DNA of 63,085 nt, filler included, from Sphacelaria rigidula (lineage: Eukaryota), in NCBI GenBank assembly GCA_964200075.2. It is 6 parts of 6 records of this genome, joined end to end, with 100 filler letters (N's around TTAATTAATTAA, not from the genome) between each part and the next. Parts side by side here need not be neighbours in the genome. Positions count along the whole stretch, not along the records: positions 31,597 to 42,026 come from CAXNAA020006506.1; positions 42,127 to 52,556 come from CAXNAA020006507.1; 4 more parts are not named here. One strand, given 5' to 3'. This document shows positions 35,912 through 48,700 of the stretch, piece after piece (within the stretch, counting starts at the first letter, position 1; each line of letters starts with the position of its first letter). The notes under the pieces were generated by a model. That model was not told the origin of the DNA and did not search any database. It worked only from the letters and a program-made list of their open reading frames with translations. The translations under genes and the position numbers were made by a program.

Positions 35912-37989
35912 TTAAAGTTTTCGACAGCGAGCACAGGTCATGTGTTGAGTCGGCTTCAATTTCACTTGAAAAAATTATGCATGACCCAATGGACTCGTAC
36001 CCTCGCGGCCAAGCGGTCAAAAGCAACGGATTGGTCCATTACTAAGGAGACCGAATCTTGACCGTGTTTTGACCATTCGACCATGCGAACGACGATTCGT
36101 GTTGAGCTCTTTTCTTCCCACCGTGAAAAGCGAGGCAGAACACAATGTAAGGATATGTTACGCCGTCTATTTGAATAAGACCGTAGCATCATGAGCGACA
36201 CCGGGTTAGCCATGCACATGACGTGAGTGAGCTATGAACATTTGTTGCCTGATTGAGCTACCGAGCGTAGCTCATCCATTTATGTTTTCCTCGGGTGAGC
36301 TGTAAGAGCTGCGTGAGCTACACATATTTACCTTGGGTGAGCTATCAAGTGTACCTCATCCACATATGCTTTCCACGGGTGAGCTACAAGAGCTGCGTGA
36401 CCTACACATGATTTTCCTGGGCGAGCTACAAGTATGAGAGCTGCATGAGCTACGTATGTTTGCCGTAGGTGAGGTACCAACCCATAGCTCATCAGCTCAT
36501 GGTCGCCCTGAGTGAGCTATGAGAGCTGCATGAGCTACGCATTTGTGCCCTAGGTGAGTTACCAACCTGTAGCTCATTAGCCCATATTCGTCCTGGGCGA
36601 GCTATGAGAGCTACATGAGCTACGCATGTTTGTCTTGGATAAGCTACTAACCCGCAGCTCATCAGCGCACGTTAACCTTGGGCGAGCTATTGGACGTAGC
36701 TTGCATACACATGTTTGATTGCAAGTGAGCTACAACTCGTAGATGAGCTAATGTATGAGCTGTCTCACGTGTGGAAGCTATGCTGGCAGCACATAAGGCG
36801 TCAGACAGGCGGCATAGACCTCGAGCAGAGCACAAAACAACTTTTTTGCACCCATGTAATCTACGGTTGAATTGCGATCACCAAAATGTAAGATGCCAGT
36901 AGAGAGCGGAGTAGTCCACCTGTAGGGAAACCACGTGCTCATTCTGACGACCGTGATGGCCAGAGTGGTCATCCCGTGCCTCTCGGGCCTCATTCCTGGC
37001 TTAGAATCTTTCGCGGGAAACTCATGTATGTAGATACGTGGTTGACTCGGTAAGCTTTTCTGCCGCTCTGCGGAGAGACGTCCCTTCCCCCTGTCAAAAA
37101 CTACCCCCCCCCTGGCCACTGGAAACCCCCGAATGTCTCCGGACTGTCAGCCTGTAAAACTCTTTCTAGGCGACGCCCACTTGAGCAGTGCCCGCGTTCG
37201 GACAGCTGTGTCGAAGGGCAACCTCTGAAGGTCGGCATGCTGCACAGCGGCACAGGTAGAGGGGACAGAGAAGAATCTCGTGAAGATGGTGCTGCTAAAG
37301 AAAGTAGTCAATAAGTCACAGGGTGCCCTCCCTAGCAAACTCACGTACAACACGCCACCAACGTGATAAACGAGGGAATCCACGCAAACGAGACACCCGA
37401 ATGGCGAGGAAATGGCAAAAACGTCCACTCCTGCGTATTCCCTTGCGGCCTCGGCGTTGTCAAAGACACGCACCGCCAGCGACTACCGTAAATAAACTGT
37501 CGAGTATGAATTCGGCTGTTTTATTTCTCAGCAAAAAGAGGCGCTCGTTGTTGGCTTGACTCATTACCATCCCCTGACACACGTCGATGCGGCCCTGATA
37601 TCGTCCTGGCAGTTACGTCTATCGGTGACAGGTCCGCATACAGGGAGGCACCTGTAGGATGGTACTGCACTGCACGGTGCCGTCCGGCGCATTGCTGTGT
37701 TGTGCTGTGTTGAAGTATTTGTATTACAAGAACGACTCTATTATACGGCATGAGTTCAATGCAGTGTTGTGAAAGATTGGTTCCAAACCACTTTCGCTGA
37801 GGAGGGCATCTCGGGAACCTTGGCGGGGAATGAAGAACGGCTTTGACCATTAACCCGTTTCCCAATCCGGTTCATCTCCTGCTTGTGGTGCACCGTTCGT
37901 GCCACGGATTCCTGCTCAGCAAGTCACATATAATTCCAGTACGCTCCGGTCTCTCATTGGTTTTCATGATATCATTGATACGATGCACG

Positions 37990-38760
37990 TCTTTCACGGT
38001 ATCACGGGACAGGAGTTCCCGTCCTTTCGGAGGCGACGGGCCGGGGCATTTTGCCGCTACCGAACAAAAACGGGGTGTGAGGAGAAACTCGGAGATATGT
38101 CGGGCTGGGACGTGACCGCAAGCACGATCCTGAAAACACGGAAATTCCCGTCTCGTACTGCGGTCACGCGAAGGAGTAAATATATTCCCGCGAGATTCCC
38201 GTCCTTCCCCGTCCTTCCCCGTCCTGTCGTTACGGGAAAATGAAGCGTGTGCCCCGAGCCCGAAATTTGTGCGCCGAGACCACAATGTTGTGCACACGGT
38301 GTCTTCATTCATCAGCAAACACGAGAAAGTTGTATATTTCTGTTATCTTGTAAGTTGCGTGACTCCCATCTGGCAAAGACACGAGTGTACCCCCAAGATA
38401 TTTCCACTTTTGCGTGATATTGGACGGGATGTCGCCCGAAACATGACGGGACGACCCGTGGGGACAGAAGGGGATCTCCCGTGAACAAGGACGGGAAGCG
38501 GCCACTAATGTCCTGTGGGGACGGGACGGGAATGGAAAAGACCAGGATGGTGTTGGGACGGGACGGGAAAACGTTCTTGTCACCTGGAAAAACGACGGGA
38601 GGGGGTGAGAAATTCGGGAATGTGTCAGGACGGGACAGGGCGGTGACTGTGCCCCGCAAAAATGAAGGAACGGAAAACTGTGGCCCGGGAAAAACGACGG
38701 GATTGGTCAAAACGAGAACTCCGTTTTGTCCCGTTGGTTTCATCGTGGAACGTTTCCCCA
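37990..38760. mobile_element. MITE-like element rich in GACGGG/CCCGTC motifs
   Basis: Dense ACGGGA/TCCCGT motifs in both orientations. Inverted ends ACGGGACAGGAGTTCCCGT / ACGAGAACTCCGTTTTGTCCCGT. Boundaries are approximate. Confidence 0.55.
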
Positions 38761-40599
38761 GTGGAGAGCTCCGGCACGATGCTATGCCTATATCGTGTTG
38801 GCAGGCGAAGCGGCGCTTATTATGCTGTGCTTCAACTACGAGCAACGTGTGTTTGGCTTCACTGCACCCGGCTGGTGGTGACCTGTAGTACCGGCCTCTC
38901 GCTAGAACGCTTCACGCAGCATATGGGGGTTCGATTGACACTCGTGGTATGCCGTCACCCAACCGAAAGCAAGCACATCGCGCATAAGGACGCCATACTG
39001 GGGTATGGACTCCCCTCCACTATGGCGCATGATGGCAGTGGCAGTGGCATGTCCCACTGGCGTGTCCAGCTCACCTGCTGCCGGGGTTCGTAGTAGTTCA
39101 CCTTCTTCTACTTTTCGATTGAGTCCAGGCAGGGAGGTGTGCCTCGTCTGCTCGTTCGTGTAGGCAGATCTACCCATGTATATGCATGCCCATCGTGTCT
39201 ACATGGCAAGAAGCGGTTTGTACTCGTTGGGTCTGCAAGGAGCATAGTAGGTGTCCACGAGATGGCTATTTTGGTGAATCCTTGCAAGAACCGTAGACAC
39301 ACATGTGGAGGTCGTGTGAGTTCGACCGCTCGACGGTGAACATGCACACGAAGACACAACCGTCGCTACGCCAATCTGCAGCGACGACACTTACGAGCAG
39401 CGTCAGCGTTACTCTATTTCCTTGTACACGTCAAGAATTGTTTACAGAATGATTTATTCGAAATATATGTCATCCTTCCGAATGACCAGTAAACTGCACT
39501 GGAAGTTTGAAGGAGTAAAAGTCATTTAGTCTTGAAATGAAATTGCATTAGCTTTGATCCAGAACCTACTCTGTGTAGGTTATACCGTGGTACAAAAAAA
39601 TACCACGCTTTCCATGGAAGTTGACAGCGTGCTGTTGTGTGCTGCTTTCATCAGTAACAGTATTTCCAACACCCGAAGCCTCCCTCATCACCCGTCTTGT
39701 TTGTCTACTACGTTTTTTCGTTTTGGCTGCACCTGCAGCTTGTGCTAGCTATGGTTGCTGGAGTGTTCCTCGGGTGGTCAGGCATGGTCCGAGTGGAACC
39801 TCATCTGATTGACTTTGGCGAAAGAAGCGCTGCCGGCAACTCCAGGTTCATCCGCACAACCCCGGTACGCGTTTTTGATCATGTTGCTATTCCTTGCACC
39901 ACGTTCTACTTGTAAAGCTAGGTACTATACTATGAACGCTTATTACTGTAGGTCGGACGATATTGTTTTCGAAATTTCGTTGTTGTGGCATGAAGCGGCA
40001 GAGTGGAATTGATCGACTGGATGATATTGAGAAGGTAGACTGCTGACAGGGTGCACGGGTGTGACGCTGATCGATTTCTGTGTAATGACCATTTGTTTTT
40101 GGTCGAACGTCGGTGTTATTTCCAGCATAAATACGCGGAAGTGTTGTGCCCGATCAATCGTGTGCACGTGATGGGACTGACAGATCGACGTATAGGTTGT
40201 CCACATTAACTGACCCCGTACGAACCCAGCTGTGATTACAATATACTTATCCAAGGGGTGAATATGCGAAAACACTGGCTCAAGTTGACTAGATTAGTAA
40301 AATGACAGAAATCAAATATGCACTACGAAGCATGGAGAGGAGCAGACAGCTCATGGTGATACGATAGCGACGCCAGGTTGAGAACGGTCCCGAGATGAAC
40401 CTTGACAGGCCCCATCATGGTTTTCTACTGAAAGTCTGTCGTGCAAGGGCAGGGCCGCGTTAGCAGGTTGTGGCCTAGCTACCCGGACACAACGTTCGTG
40501 TTTTAGGTTCTCAGTCACCGAATCTTAGGAAAGGAAGGAGGGCTACTGATCGGGCAGCAATACATGGCAAGGTGAGAGAACGCGAAGAAACGCGGGACA

Positions 40600-41915
40600 G
40601 CCAGGGCTTCAAGTCAAATATCAAAGACAGCAAACACGATGGGATAAGGGAAGGGCATCGCTTCCACCTTCCTACTTCTCGCCTCGCTGGGGGGTGAGCG
40701 AGCTACTCCCTGGATCGGTCCCATCTTGGTTGCCTCATGGGCTAGTCTCGTCGTTGTTAGCATGTCTTCTCTTGGCAGCTCTCGGAGCAGTAGCCTGTTG
40801 CTTGTGTCGTGCGTCACCATGACTTCCTCGAACACCTCAGCTCCCTGCTAGATCCCGCGGTTCCTTGTGCCGCTTTTTTAGCTGCGATGGCCCAATCGTG
40901 CGAGTCTCCAACCCAGCATCGTGAATGGAGCACTTCCTTCATTCCGCCTTATGCCGATTTGCTCCCCGGTCACATAGTTTGTGCTTACAGTGATTTCCCC
41001 GGTGCTGCGGAAGCGGATCGATGTCTTTGAGCCCTTGTGCAGCCAACCTTCCGAAACATGGTACGACTTGGACGATCGGCTGGACAGAAACCGCGACGAA
41101 GCTGCGGATGAGCCTTTCCGGGTCGTCGTCTCGATACGCCCGCGTTTGGCTGTCTCGAGCATGGCTCTGTATCAAAGAGTATTGTGTTCTATTCCTTTCT
41201 CCCTGCGAAAGCGAGCTGCTCGCAGCAGGAAACTGTGGTGGGTGGTGGGCAGGCTCTCGAAGTCCTCTTGGCCCAGGATGTACAGGGCGCACTTAAATAG
41301 CCTGGCTGTCACCACCCCCGCCTTCAGTAGTCGCATCTTGAGTGATGGCTGCGCGTAGGGTTGGTCCTGATGTTAGAAGCTATCCTTCTCGAGGCGCGGG
41401 CATGCAAGACGCGTGATTTTATTTGAAGGATGCGCGTCCCACTCATGGCACCGCCGAGGTGGGCAACCTCGGCAGTCTGTTCGCAACCTTGGCGTACCTC
41501 CTCGATTTGCAATGCAGTCTATGGTGCGCTGGGTCCCAATCACAGATTCATGGGCTGCCTTCGTCTCCGATAACGCTTGTTCGATATCCTTAAAGACCTT
41601 CAGTATCATGGTCAATGTCATGAAATTTCTCGTGGAACCGTTGACACTACGCCTGCATTGTCCGTGTATTGCATTCCCACACCGCGCACCTGACCCTCTT
41701 CGGCGGCGTTTCTCCCCCTGGGGTACGCCCTCACTCTTCATCATATAATCTCGACACATCAAGTCTGACACGATGACATGGTTCTCGGCGAATGGCGGCA
41801 CAAGTACATCGATTTCAGCTGCAGAGAAGATGTCGGACAAGAGAGGGGACAGGACGCATCCCTTGCTGAGGCCTTTTGAAACGTGCATACCCTGGACAAT
41901 GCAAAATGTTTTCAA
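40600..41915 (-). mobile_element. Degenerate RTE-clade LINE, 3' part (RT C-terminal half and downstream region)
   Basis: VSKGLSKGCVLSPLLSDIF (GLRQGCVLSPLLF motif), then the RTE-like C-terminus MLETAKRGRIETT...FGRLAAQG. Frameshifted. Confidence 0.8.
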
Positions 41916-42126
41916 TATATATCAGTCGATCATATTGAAATTTTGCGATATACTGCTTGAGTCTCGCCCGTAGTCGGACCCTGTGTTCATGTCTACCTGT
42001 CGCGCGTCGAATTTGAAAACCGAGTTNNNNNNNNNNNNNNNNNNNNNNNNNNNNNNNNNNNNNNNNNNNNTTAATTAATTAANNNNNNNNNNNNNNNNNN
42101 NNNNNNNNNNNNNNNNNNNNNNNNNN

Positions 42127-42246
42127 TCCACTGTTGGGCATGGTGTGAGAAAAAATCCCAGATCATGTGACTGCACCAAGATTCGAACCCACGACCCAAC
42201 CGTCAGAAGGTTTCGAAGTCACCAACTGAGCCACCGGGGCGACGGC
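42127..42246 (-). mobile_element. tRNA-derived SINE, 5' part (truncated by contig start)
   Basis: Minus strand GCCCCGGTGGCTCAGTTGG (A box)...GGGTTCGAATC (B box), then a body shared with 47811-48043. Confidence 0.8.
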
Positions 42247-43099
42247 TCATGTGGTACCAACAAATGGACGTGGGTGAGATAAAAAGAGTTGAACGGCTCA
42301 TCCGTAATATACAGTTTCACATGCAAATATATCAGAACTGAAATATTCGGGCATATCGTAACCTATCGGCGACGAGTATATATCGTAATTGACCGTGCTG
42401 ACGCCACCCAAGACCCATCAGCCAGACTCGCGGTCTAGGGTTCCCTCGATCGTTGCCGAATCGATCTGCCTGTGAAAACCTAACGCTACTTAGCAACGGA
42501 AGTGTGAAGTACGTGAAGATCGTTCAAATTTCGAACGCCACGATTGCATGATGACCGATGGAGAATCGCCTCTTCACGCGGCTGTTTTCAATATCTCAAA
42601 CACCACCCCTCCACCGTAACCTCCAAGCGAAATGTTCGTCAGCACTGTGCTTACAGCTGTGGTGACCACTGTGACTGTGCCTGATTTCAGGTGCGCAGAT
42701 GGTTGACACGCGTCCAAACACCCGCCCCACACGGGCGGATAATATCCACGTTTCGTCATAATATACCTCGAGTTTCAAACGTCTGCAGAGACGGCACGGA
42801 CACCGTATCATCGAAGGAATATCATTCGCACGCAATGCAATTGTTGGCCCCATGGCTCATCAATTCAACTCCGCATTGGGTATCGAGGAAACAGAGGCCG
42901 TCTAGTGCTCATACTGTCGGTTGTCACTTACACAACACACTGCCACATCAATCGAATGCAATTTGCCGCAAAGGTGCGCTGTACTGTCAGGCGCTGCTGT
43001 GTTGCACTTTTGCACTGCCCAAGTACAGGCAATATTGTTGTGCTGAATACAACGCTGCTCGTTCATCGGCAACACTGCTACAGGACCAGTACACATCAC

Positions 43100-44644
43100 C
43101 TTATTCTTCTGACCGACTTTGGCACCGGCGTCCTTGACAAGCCACTCCACCAACTCCAGATTACCCCCATAGCAGGCCCAGTGCAGAGCCGTAGAACCCT
43201 GCGAATACACCCAGCGATTCAGGATATCCGGCAAGAATGGAGTGGGAAGACGGGAGATGGATAATATTCGTTGGCCGAATACAACACTGGTGTCAGGGTG
43301 TGTATCGGCTTCCATGCCCACATCGAATCAAGGAGTCCATCTATTTTGAGAGGTTATATCCCACGCCCTTGTTTGGTGTCTACATCCTTCATTCGCTCTC
43401 CCAGCCTACTGTTGCCGAACCCGAGTATATGAAGCTGAGAAAGGGTCGCAGTTTTTTCAGTTGATGGAAACCGCGGTCTGTTGAAAGCTGTACTGTTGAC
43501 ACAGTATATAGCTCGCAGTTCTTTCAGTTGATGGAAACGGCGGTAGGTTGGAAGCTGTACTACTGACTGTTCATAGTACATTACAGAACAGTCAAGAGCG
43601 CTACACAAGTACTCGTAGGATCATTGTTGTGCCCCTGGTGCCGGAATTCTGGTGTGGTGTGTGTAGACCGATATTTCAATGAAGACATTATGATCGAGGC
43701 AACCCAAAACTGTGAGAGTCCCGTTTCGTGTACATCCGGCTTGAAACACCCGATCGTTCTCCTAAGACGGGGGAGAATCAACATCAATCCGACAGGGCGT
43801 ATTCGTAAGCAGTAAAAAACAGCAACCTGTCGTTTCGGGGCCCTTCCCTCACATTTTAATGTCATCACGATCATGACAAGAGGGGTCAAGAATCAAGGAA
43901 CACTTTCGGGTATGGGGTGAGATAACTCAAGACGCTGTAACAATGACGGCAGGTACAGCACGGTTCGCCCGGGCAGGCGGGGGGAAATTTTGGATCGATT
44001 TTGCTGATCTATATTTACAGTGCCGCCATGCGAAGCTCAGGGTTTTCGTCAAGTGCCAAGCAAGCAGTGTGTCGCGGTGGTCCTGCTGTATCAGTCCAGT
44101 AGAGGCTCTTCACGCCGCCCTCCATGTTCAAACCAACATGCAGCGCAAAAGATGTCCTACAACTCTGTTTGAAAAGAGCGCAAAATATCCTCTTCCGTGT
44201 CTTTCCTGCTTCCGCCGGAAGGGCTCCCGACTGCCTAGCTCATAGAGCATACGGCCTGGCGCCGAAGCGCGGTCAGCGCATGGCAGTGCGTTATCATACA
44301 GTACTGTACAGTCAGTCTAGGCTTGTACCACACAGGAAAGACGGTTCAGCTTTTGTCTGTATAGTAGCTGATGCAACCAAGGCTGTGCTTGTTCCGATTT
44401 CTGGATGGGAGAAGAATACCGACGCATACAGACAGACCAATTATGTGGAGACGTTCATAAGAATGAACGTGCAAACCAAGATGTAAACCGACTAGAATTG
44501 TACCTGAGATGGGTCCGGTGTATCGACAGGCACTCGCTGCTCCTTGATGATGGACTTCACGGCAGCAATATCCCCCCTGTAAGATGCCGAGAACAAAGTT
44601 GTCAGCAGCTGCGGATCCATGCTCATATGCTCCTCGACAAAGAG
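43100..44644 (-). CDS. Ankyrin-repeat protein, exons 44644-44504 and 43198-43100 (possible upstream exon ~44960-44882); partial
   Basis: Phase-0 exons give LFVEEHMSMDPQLLTTLFSASYRGDIAAVKSIIKEQRVPVDTPDPSQ|GSTALHWACYGGNLELVEWLVKDAGAKVGQKNK. The second exon is exactly one 33-aa ankyrin repeat. Confidence 0.75.
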
Positions 44645-45741
44645 CTGTTGGCGTGTCCAGCGTTTTCCTCACCCGCGTACAACCTATCCCTATTTTGTAT
44701 TGTTCTCCGTGTGTCGAACCAATTCCCGCCACGAAAAAATTCCCGGTGATGATAAAACAACAGAGAAAAAAAGCACGGCGAGTTTTCTCTCGCTTCCCTC
44801 TGCTTTCGTGTACAAGAGGGGGGTCCGTACAAGTCTGTCGGAGAGACTGGCTCCGTCTGAAATGGTTACTGTGCAAGCCACCTGTACAGCTTCTTCGGTA
44901 GACCTGAGAAACTGATAAGCTTCTTCGATGTAGATTGCTAGCTGCGTCTGACGTCCTGATCCTAGCGGAAATTGGCAAACAAAACATGTCGTAATTTGTT
45001 TCTTGCTGCTCATACCTATATGTCATAATTACTTCAGATGAGTGTGGAATGCGACCGTCCATATCACTTTGCACGAGCACGCACGCTCCGCCGCAGCACC
45101 CCCCGAGGTAAAGCCAGAGATAACAAATCAAAGTGATGTGACACTGTTCTTTGCCTTTAATCTGTATTGTGGTGGTTCCGTTGGTGTACGTGTCTTTTGC
45201 CTTTAGGTACATACATTCTGCTCTTGTACCCTTTTGGAGGCTCCCTGTAGCCACCCAGTTTCGGCACGGCACCAGCGCCGGGCGGGCGTGGATGCCGCCT
45301 TAGTTCAAACCCCGGCAGCCAAGCTACACAAGTCGGGCACAAACTTTGCGTTTCCGAGGGTCTTACGCCCTGGTATCCATTCGAAACTGGTTTTTTTCGA
45401 AGTAGTGTTTTACACGGAGGATGCCTCACTGTGTTGGAGTGTTTCACGTGAGCTCGGGGCACCACACAAACGCAAGCTCCTCCGGGTTACGGAAGCAATT
45501 TCACGGCTGAGATGATGAGTGCAGACAGTCGACGTGTGAATCCCTCGAGCCGCAGGGCCCTCGAGTTTGACTTTCAGACCTTCGTTTTCGATTCTCGTTC
45601 GCATCCTTGACTGAGGTTAGCTGTGTGGTGTCCATGCTGGAGCCATACATGACGGCGAAGTCGTTGTTTTCGCTTCTTATGTGATCGTGTATGCACCATG
45701 CTATTCTGTGTCTGATATCCCGGTGACATGCCCAGATTAGC

Positions 45742-48700
45742 ATGTCTCACCGTAAATTTGAGGCTCCCCGTAACGGATCCTTGGGTTTCTTGCCCAAGAA
45801 GCGTACGAAGAAGCACCACGGACACATCCGCTCATTTCCCAAGGATGACGCCGCCAAGGAGCCCCACCTCACTGCTTTCATGGCCTACAAGGTACGAACA
45901 TGGACCTTGTGATGTAGCGGTAGGTTGTGGTGTCCCTGGCCCTTGAACACGAGATCAATCAGCATACTGTCTGTAACTGCGATCTGTACTCCGACGGGTA
46001 GTACCTCGATCATATCGTGAACTTCATACTCCGCAGGGAAACGCAGTGCGAGATGCGAACGTGCACGGAAAATATTGGGGGGCTTTACCTCTCGACATCG
46101 TGGAGCATTCCTCCATCCTAATGCCAAATGTACACCGGACGCGAAGGAAATTGTCAAATTAGAGGAACGTAGTGTACATTGATCCACTAATGTTCAGGTA
46201 CCTGAGATGATTGTCGTCAATTCTCACTGATCGCTTGATGCTGCTTGACTACAGAGAGTCGAGCCATGAGGTGCTAGAAGGTGGACTTTTTTTTCGTTTG
46301 TATTGCTCTTGTCATCTGGTGGCTCAGCAGTCCACAGTAATACGCTTACATGTGGTTTATTCGGGAAACTGGTGACGCTGTGGTGTGAACAAGTTTGAGC
46401 AGCCTTCAACCTGGCCCAGTTCGTACTGACTAACTGACCGACCGTACGAAAACCTTGTCTCCAGGCGGGAATGACCCACATTGCCCGCGAGGTGGACCGC
46501 CCCGGGTCGAAGGTGCACAAGAAGGAGGTGGTGGAGGCGGTGACAATCCTGGAGACCCCGCCAATGGTCGTGGTGGGCGTGGTGGGCTACGTCGAAACCC
46601 CCAAGGGCCTCCGCACCCTCACAACCGTTTGGGCCGGTCACTTGTCCGATGAGTGCAAGAGGAGGTAAGATGAGGGATATCATGACACGAACCGAGTTTT
46701 TTTTCTCCAGTAACATGTGTGTACCAGTTTTCGTATGAATCCAAGCCTTTCCATCAGCAACTTGATCATTTCTATACATGTGTTCCGGTGATGTCATAGA
46801 ACACGTGAAGTACTTTGCACAAGGCTTGCGCGAAAATCCTTGGACATGAGGAGACAGCGACCCTACGCGGTCAATCGCTCCTGGATTGCGAAGAAACATA
46901 TTTTCGGATTCACCTGACGGAAATCCTTCAACCCTCGAGACACATTTGAGCCAAAGGCTCGCCGTATCTTCTTTGAGTTTCCGAAGTGGTATGTAGTATG
47001 AGGTCATGTCTGGTGGGATGCGGAATTTTTGACACCTTGGACGAAAAGTGGTCGGGAGATGCAACAGACGAGAGAAACGGATTAACTTGAGTACAGCCTA
47101 TTGGGACCGTTTTTGGGCAGGCAATAGTTTCCATAGACGTAAACTCTATTACACTGTTCGTCCACTTATCTTTTGACCACATACTGTCCAGAGGGGGAAG
47201 TTGTTTCAAGATTCGAATACCGGTGTGGAAGTCTTCCCGAGGGTTCAGATTCTGTCTGGTACAAAAGTTATACAGAGGAATCCCCCTGTAACCGAGTACC
47301 AACGGGTATCTCGGTAGTGTGGCGAGCTTTTCATGCTGATATCTCACCGAACTTCGGCACGGGTGAAAACCGATGTGTCGTCGAATTCAAAATACTAACA
47401 GATGGATTTTTTTTGCGTGGGGGGGGAAGCTGTATTTTGAAGTTGAGTCTTCCTCGAATCGGCATCCTTCGGAGGAAACGCAAATTCTCACGGCGAAGGC
47501 ATCATGACGGTTTCTGCATTTCCTCGCAGGTTCTACAAGCACTGGTACAAGTCAAAGAAGAAGGCCTTCACGAGGTACGCCAAGAAGTTCGCGGAGGCGC
47601 CTCAAGAGATCGACGCCGAGCTTGAGCGCATTAAGAAGTACTGCCAAGTCGTCCGTGTCATCGCCCACACTCAGGTGAACATACCAAACGCAAACTCGAG
47701 TGACACTCGAGGATGTACCGAAGTTTCCTGCTGTGAGCAGATCCGCTACCCTGGGTCACCGTATTGTGTTCGTCCACTGTGCTGGAATTCCTGACGGAAA
47801 CTCTGTGCACGGCATGACCAGTGGCTCAGTTGGTGACCTCGTAACGTTTTAATTGAGTAGGGGGATTCGATTCCTGGAGCGATCTGGAATCTTTTCACAC
47901 ACCATGCCCAACAGTGGGAAGCGACCATGTCGTGGGTAGTCAAAATTCGAATGACGGTCGACGGGGAAAAGAGACTACTGAACCCTCTCGCGATAAAGAG
48001 TACAGGCAAGCATCGCAGAAGGGAGCTGGGGTATAAAAAAAAACGATCAGGAAAAACCCCTGTCGACCTTCCCCCCGTGTGACCCCAGCTAATTCACCCA
48101 CACATACCCAAAAGTTGGACTGGTGCACAGAATGAATGACACAACACACACAAAACACGCTTATCCAACGATCTCTACGTGGTCTACGAATTCAGGTGGG
48201 CCTGGTGAAGTTGAGGCAAAAGGCTGCGCACATCTGCGAGATCCAGGTCAACGGTGGCGACATCGGCGCCAAGGTGGACTTCGCTCGCGGCCTCTTCGAA
48301 CAGAAGGTGCCAGTCGACGCCGTCTTTGCCAAGGTGAGGCCTTCGTCTTGATCGAAGTGCGACGTAGGTATTGTGCAGCACTGGTGTCTCGTGTCAAGGA
48401 TTTGAATGCAAGCGTTGGAGATCGGCTCCCTCCCGTCGGGGGTACTTGTACGTGCTGTTCTACTTTGTGATTTGCCCACTTCTCTGTCGATCTTCTCATC
48501 TCAGCACTGATGATAACTTCTTGACCGTGACCTTCGACAGTGGGGTGTAGTCCGTCACCATCCTAAAGAAGCCGTTTCTTTCGTTATATAATCAGGATGA
48601 GTGCATCGACGTGCTGGGTGCCTCCAAGGGTCACGGTACTGAGGGTGTCATCACGAGGTGGGGTGTGACCCGTTTGCCACGTAAGACTCACCGTGGTCTG

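Larger units (their letters stand above)
33775..36773. mobile_element. Second CACACGTC-TIR element, with a GAGCTA-rich 42-43-bp array split by about 2 kb of nested insertions
   Basis: TIRs CACACGTCGGACAG / CTGTCTCACGTGTG (12/14). Degenerate flanks GGAGGTGT/GAAGCTAT (5/8). About 8 units at 33837-34170 and about 12 units at 36225-36760 of GGGTGAGCTATGAGAGCTACATGAGCTACGCATGTTTGCCCT and a variant. Confidence 0.72.

Noticed and set aside
39739-39864. Candidate + strand exon LVLAMVAGVFLGWSGMVRVEPHLIDFGERSAAGNSRFIRTTP
   Set aside because: The splice signals are plausible, but no partner exons or protein family could be identified.
42160-42240. tRNA gene on the minus strand
   Set aside because: A and B boxes are present but there is no paired acceptor stem, and the sequence continues into a SINE body shared with 47811-48043.
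44346-45272. 308-aa minus-strand ORF
   Set aside because: No recognisable domain. It overlaps the ankyrin exon in a different frame.
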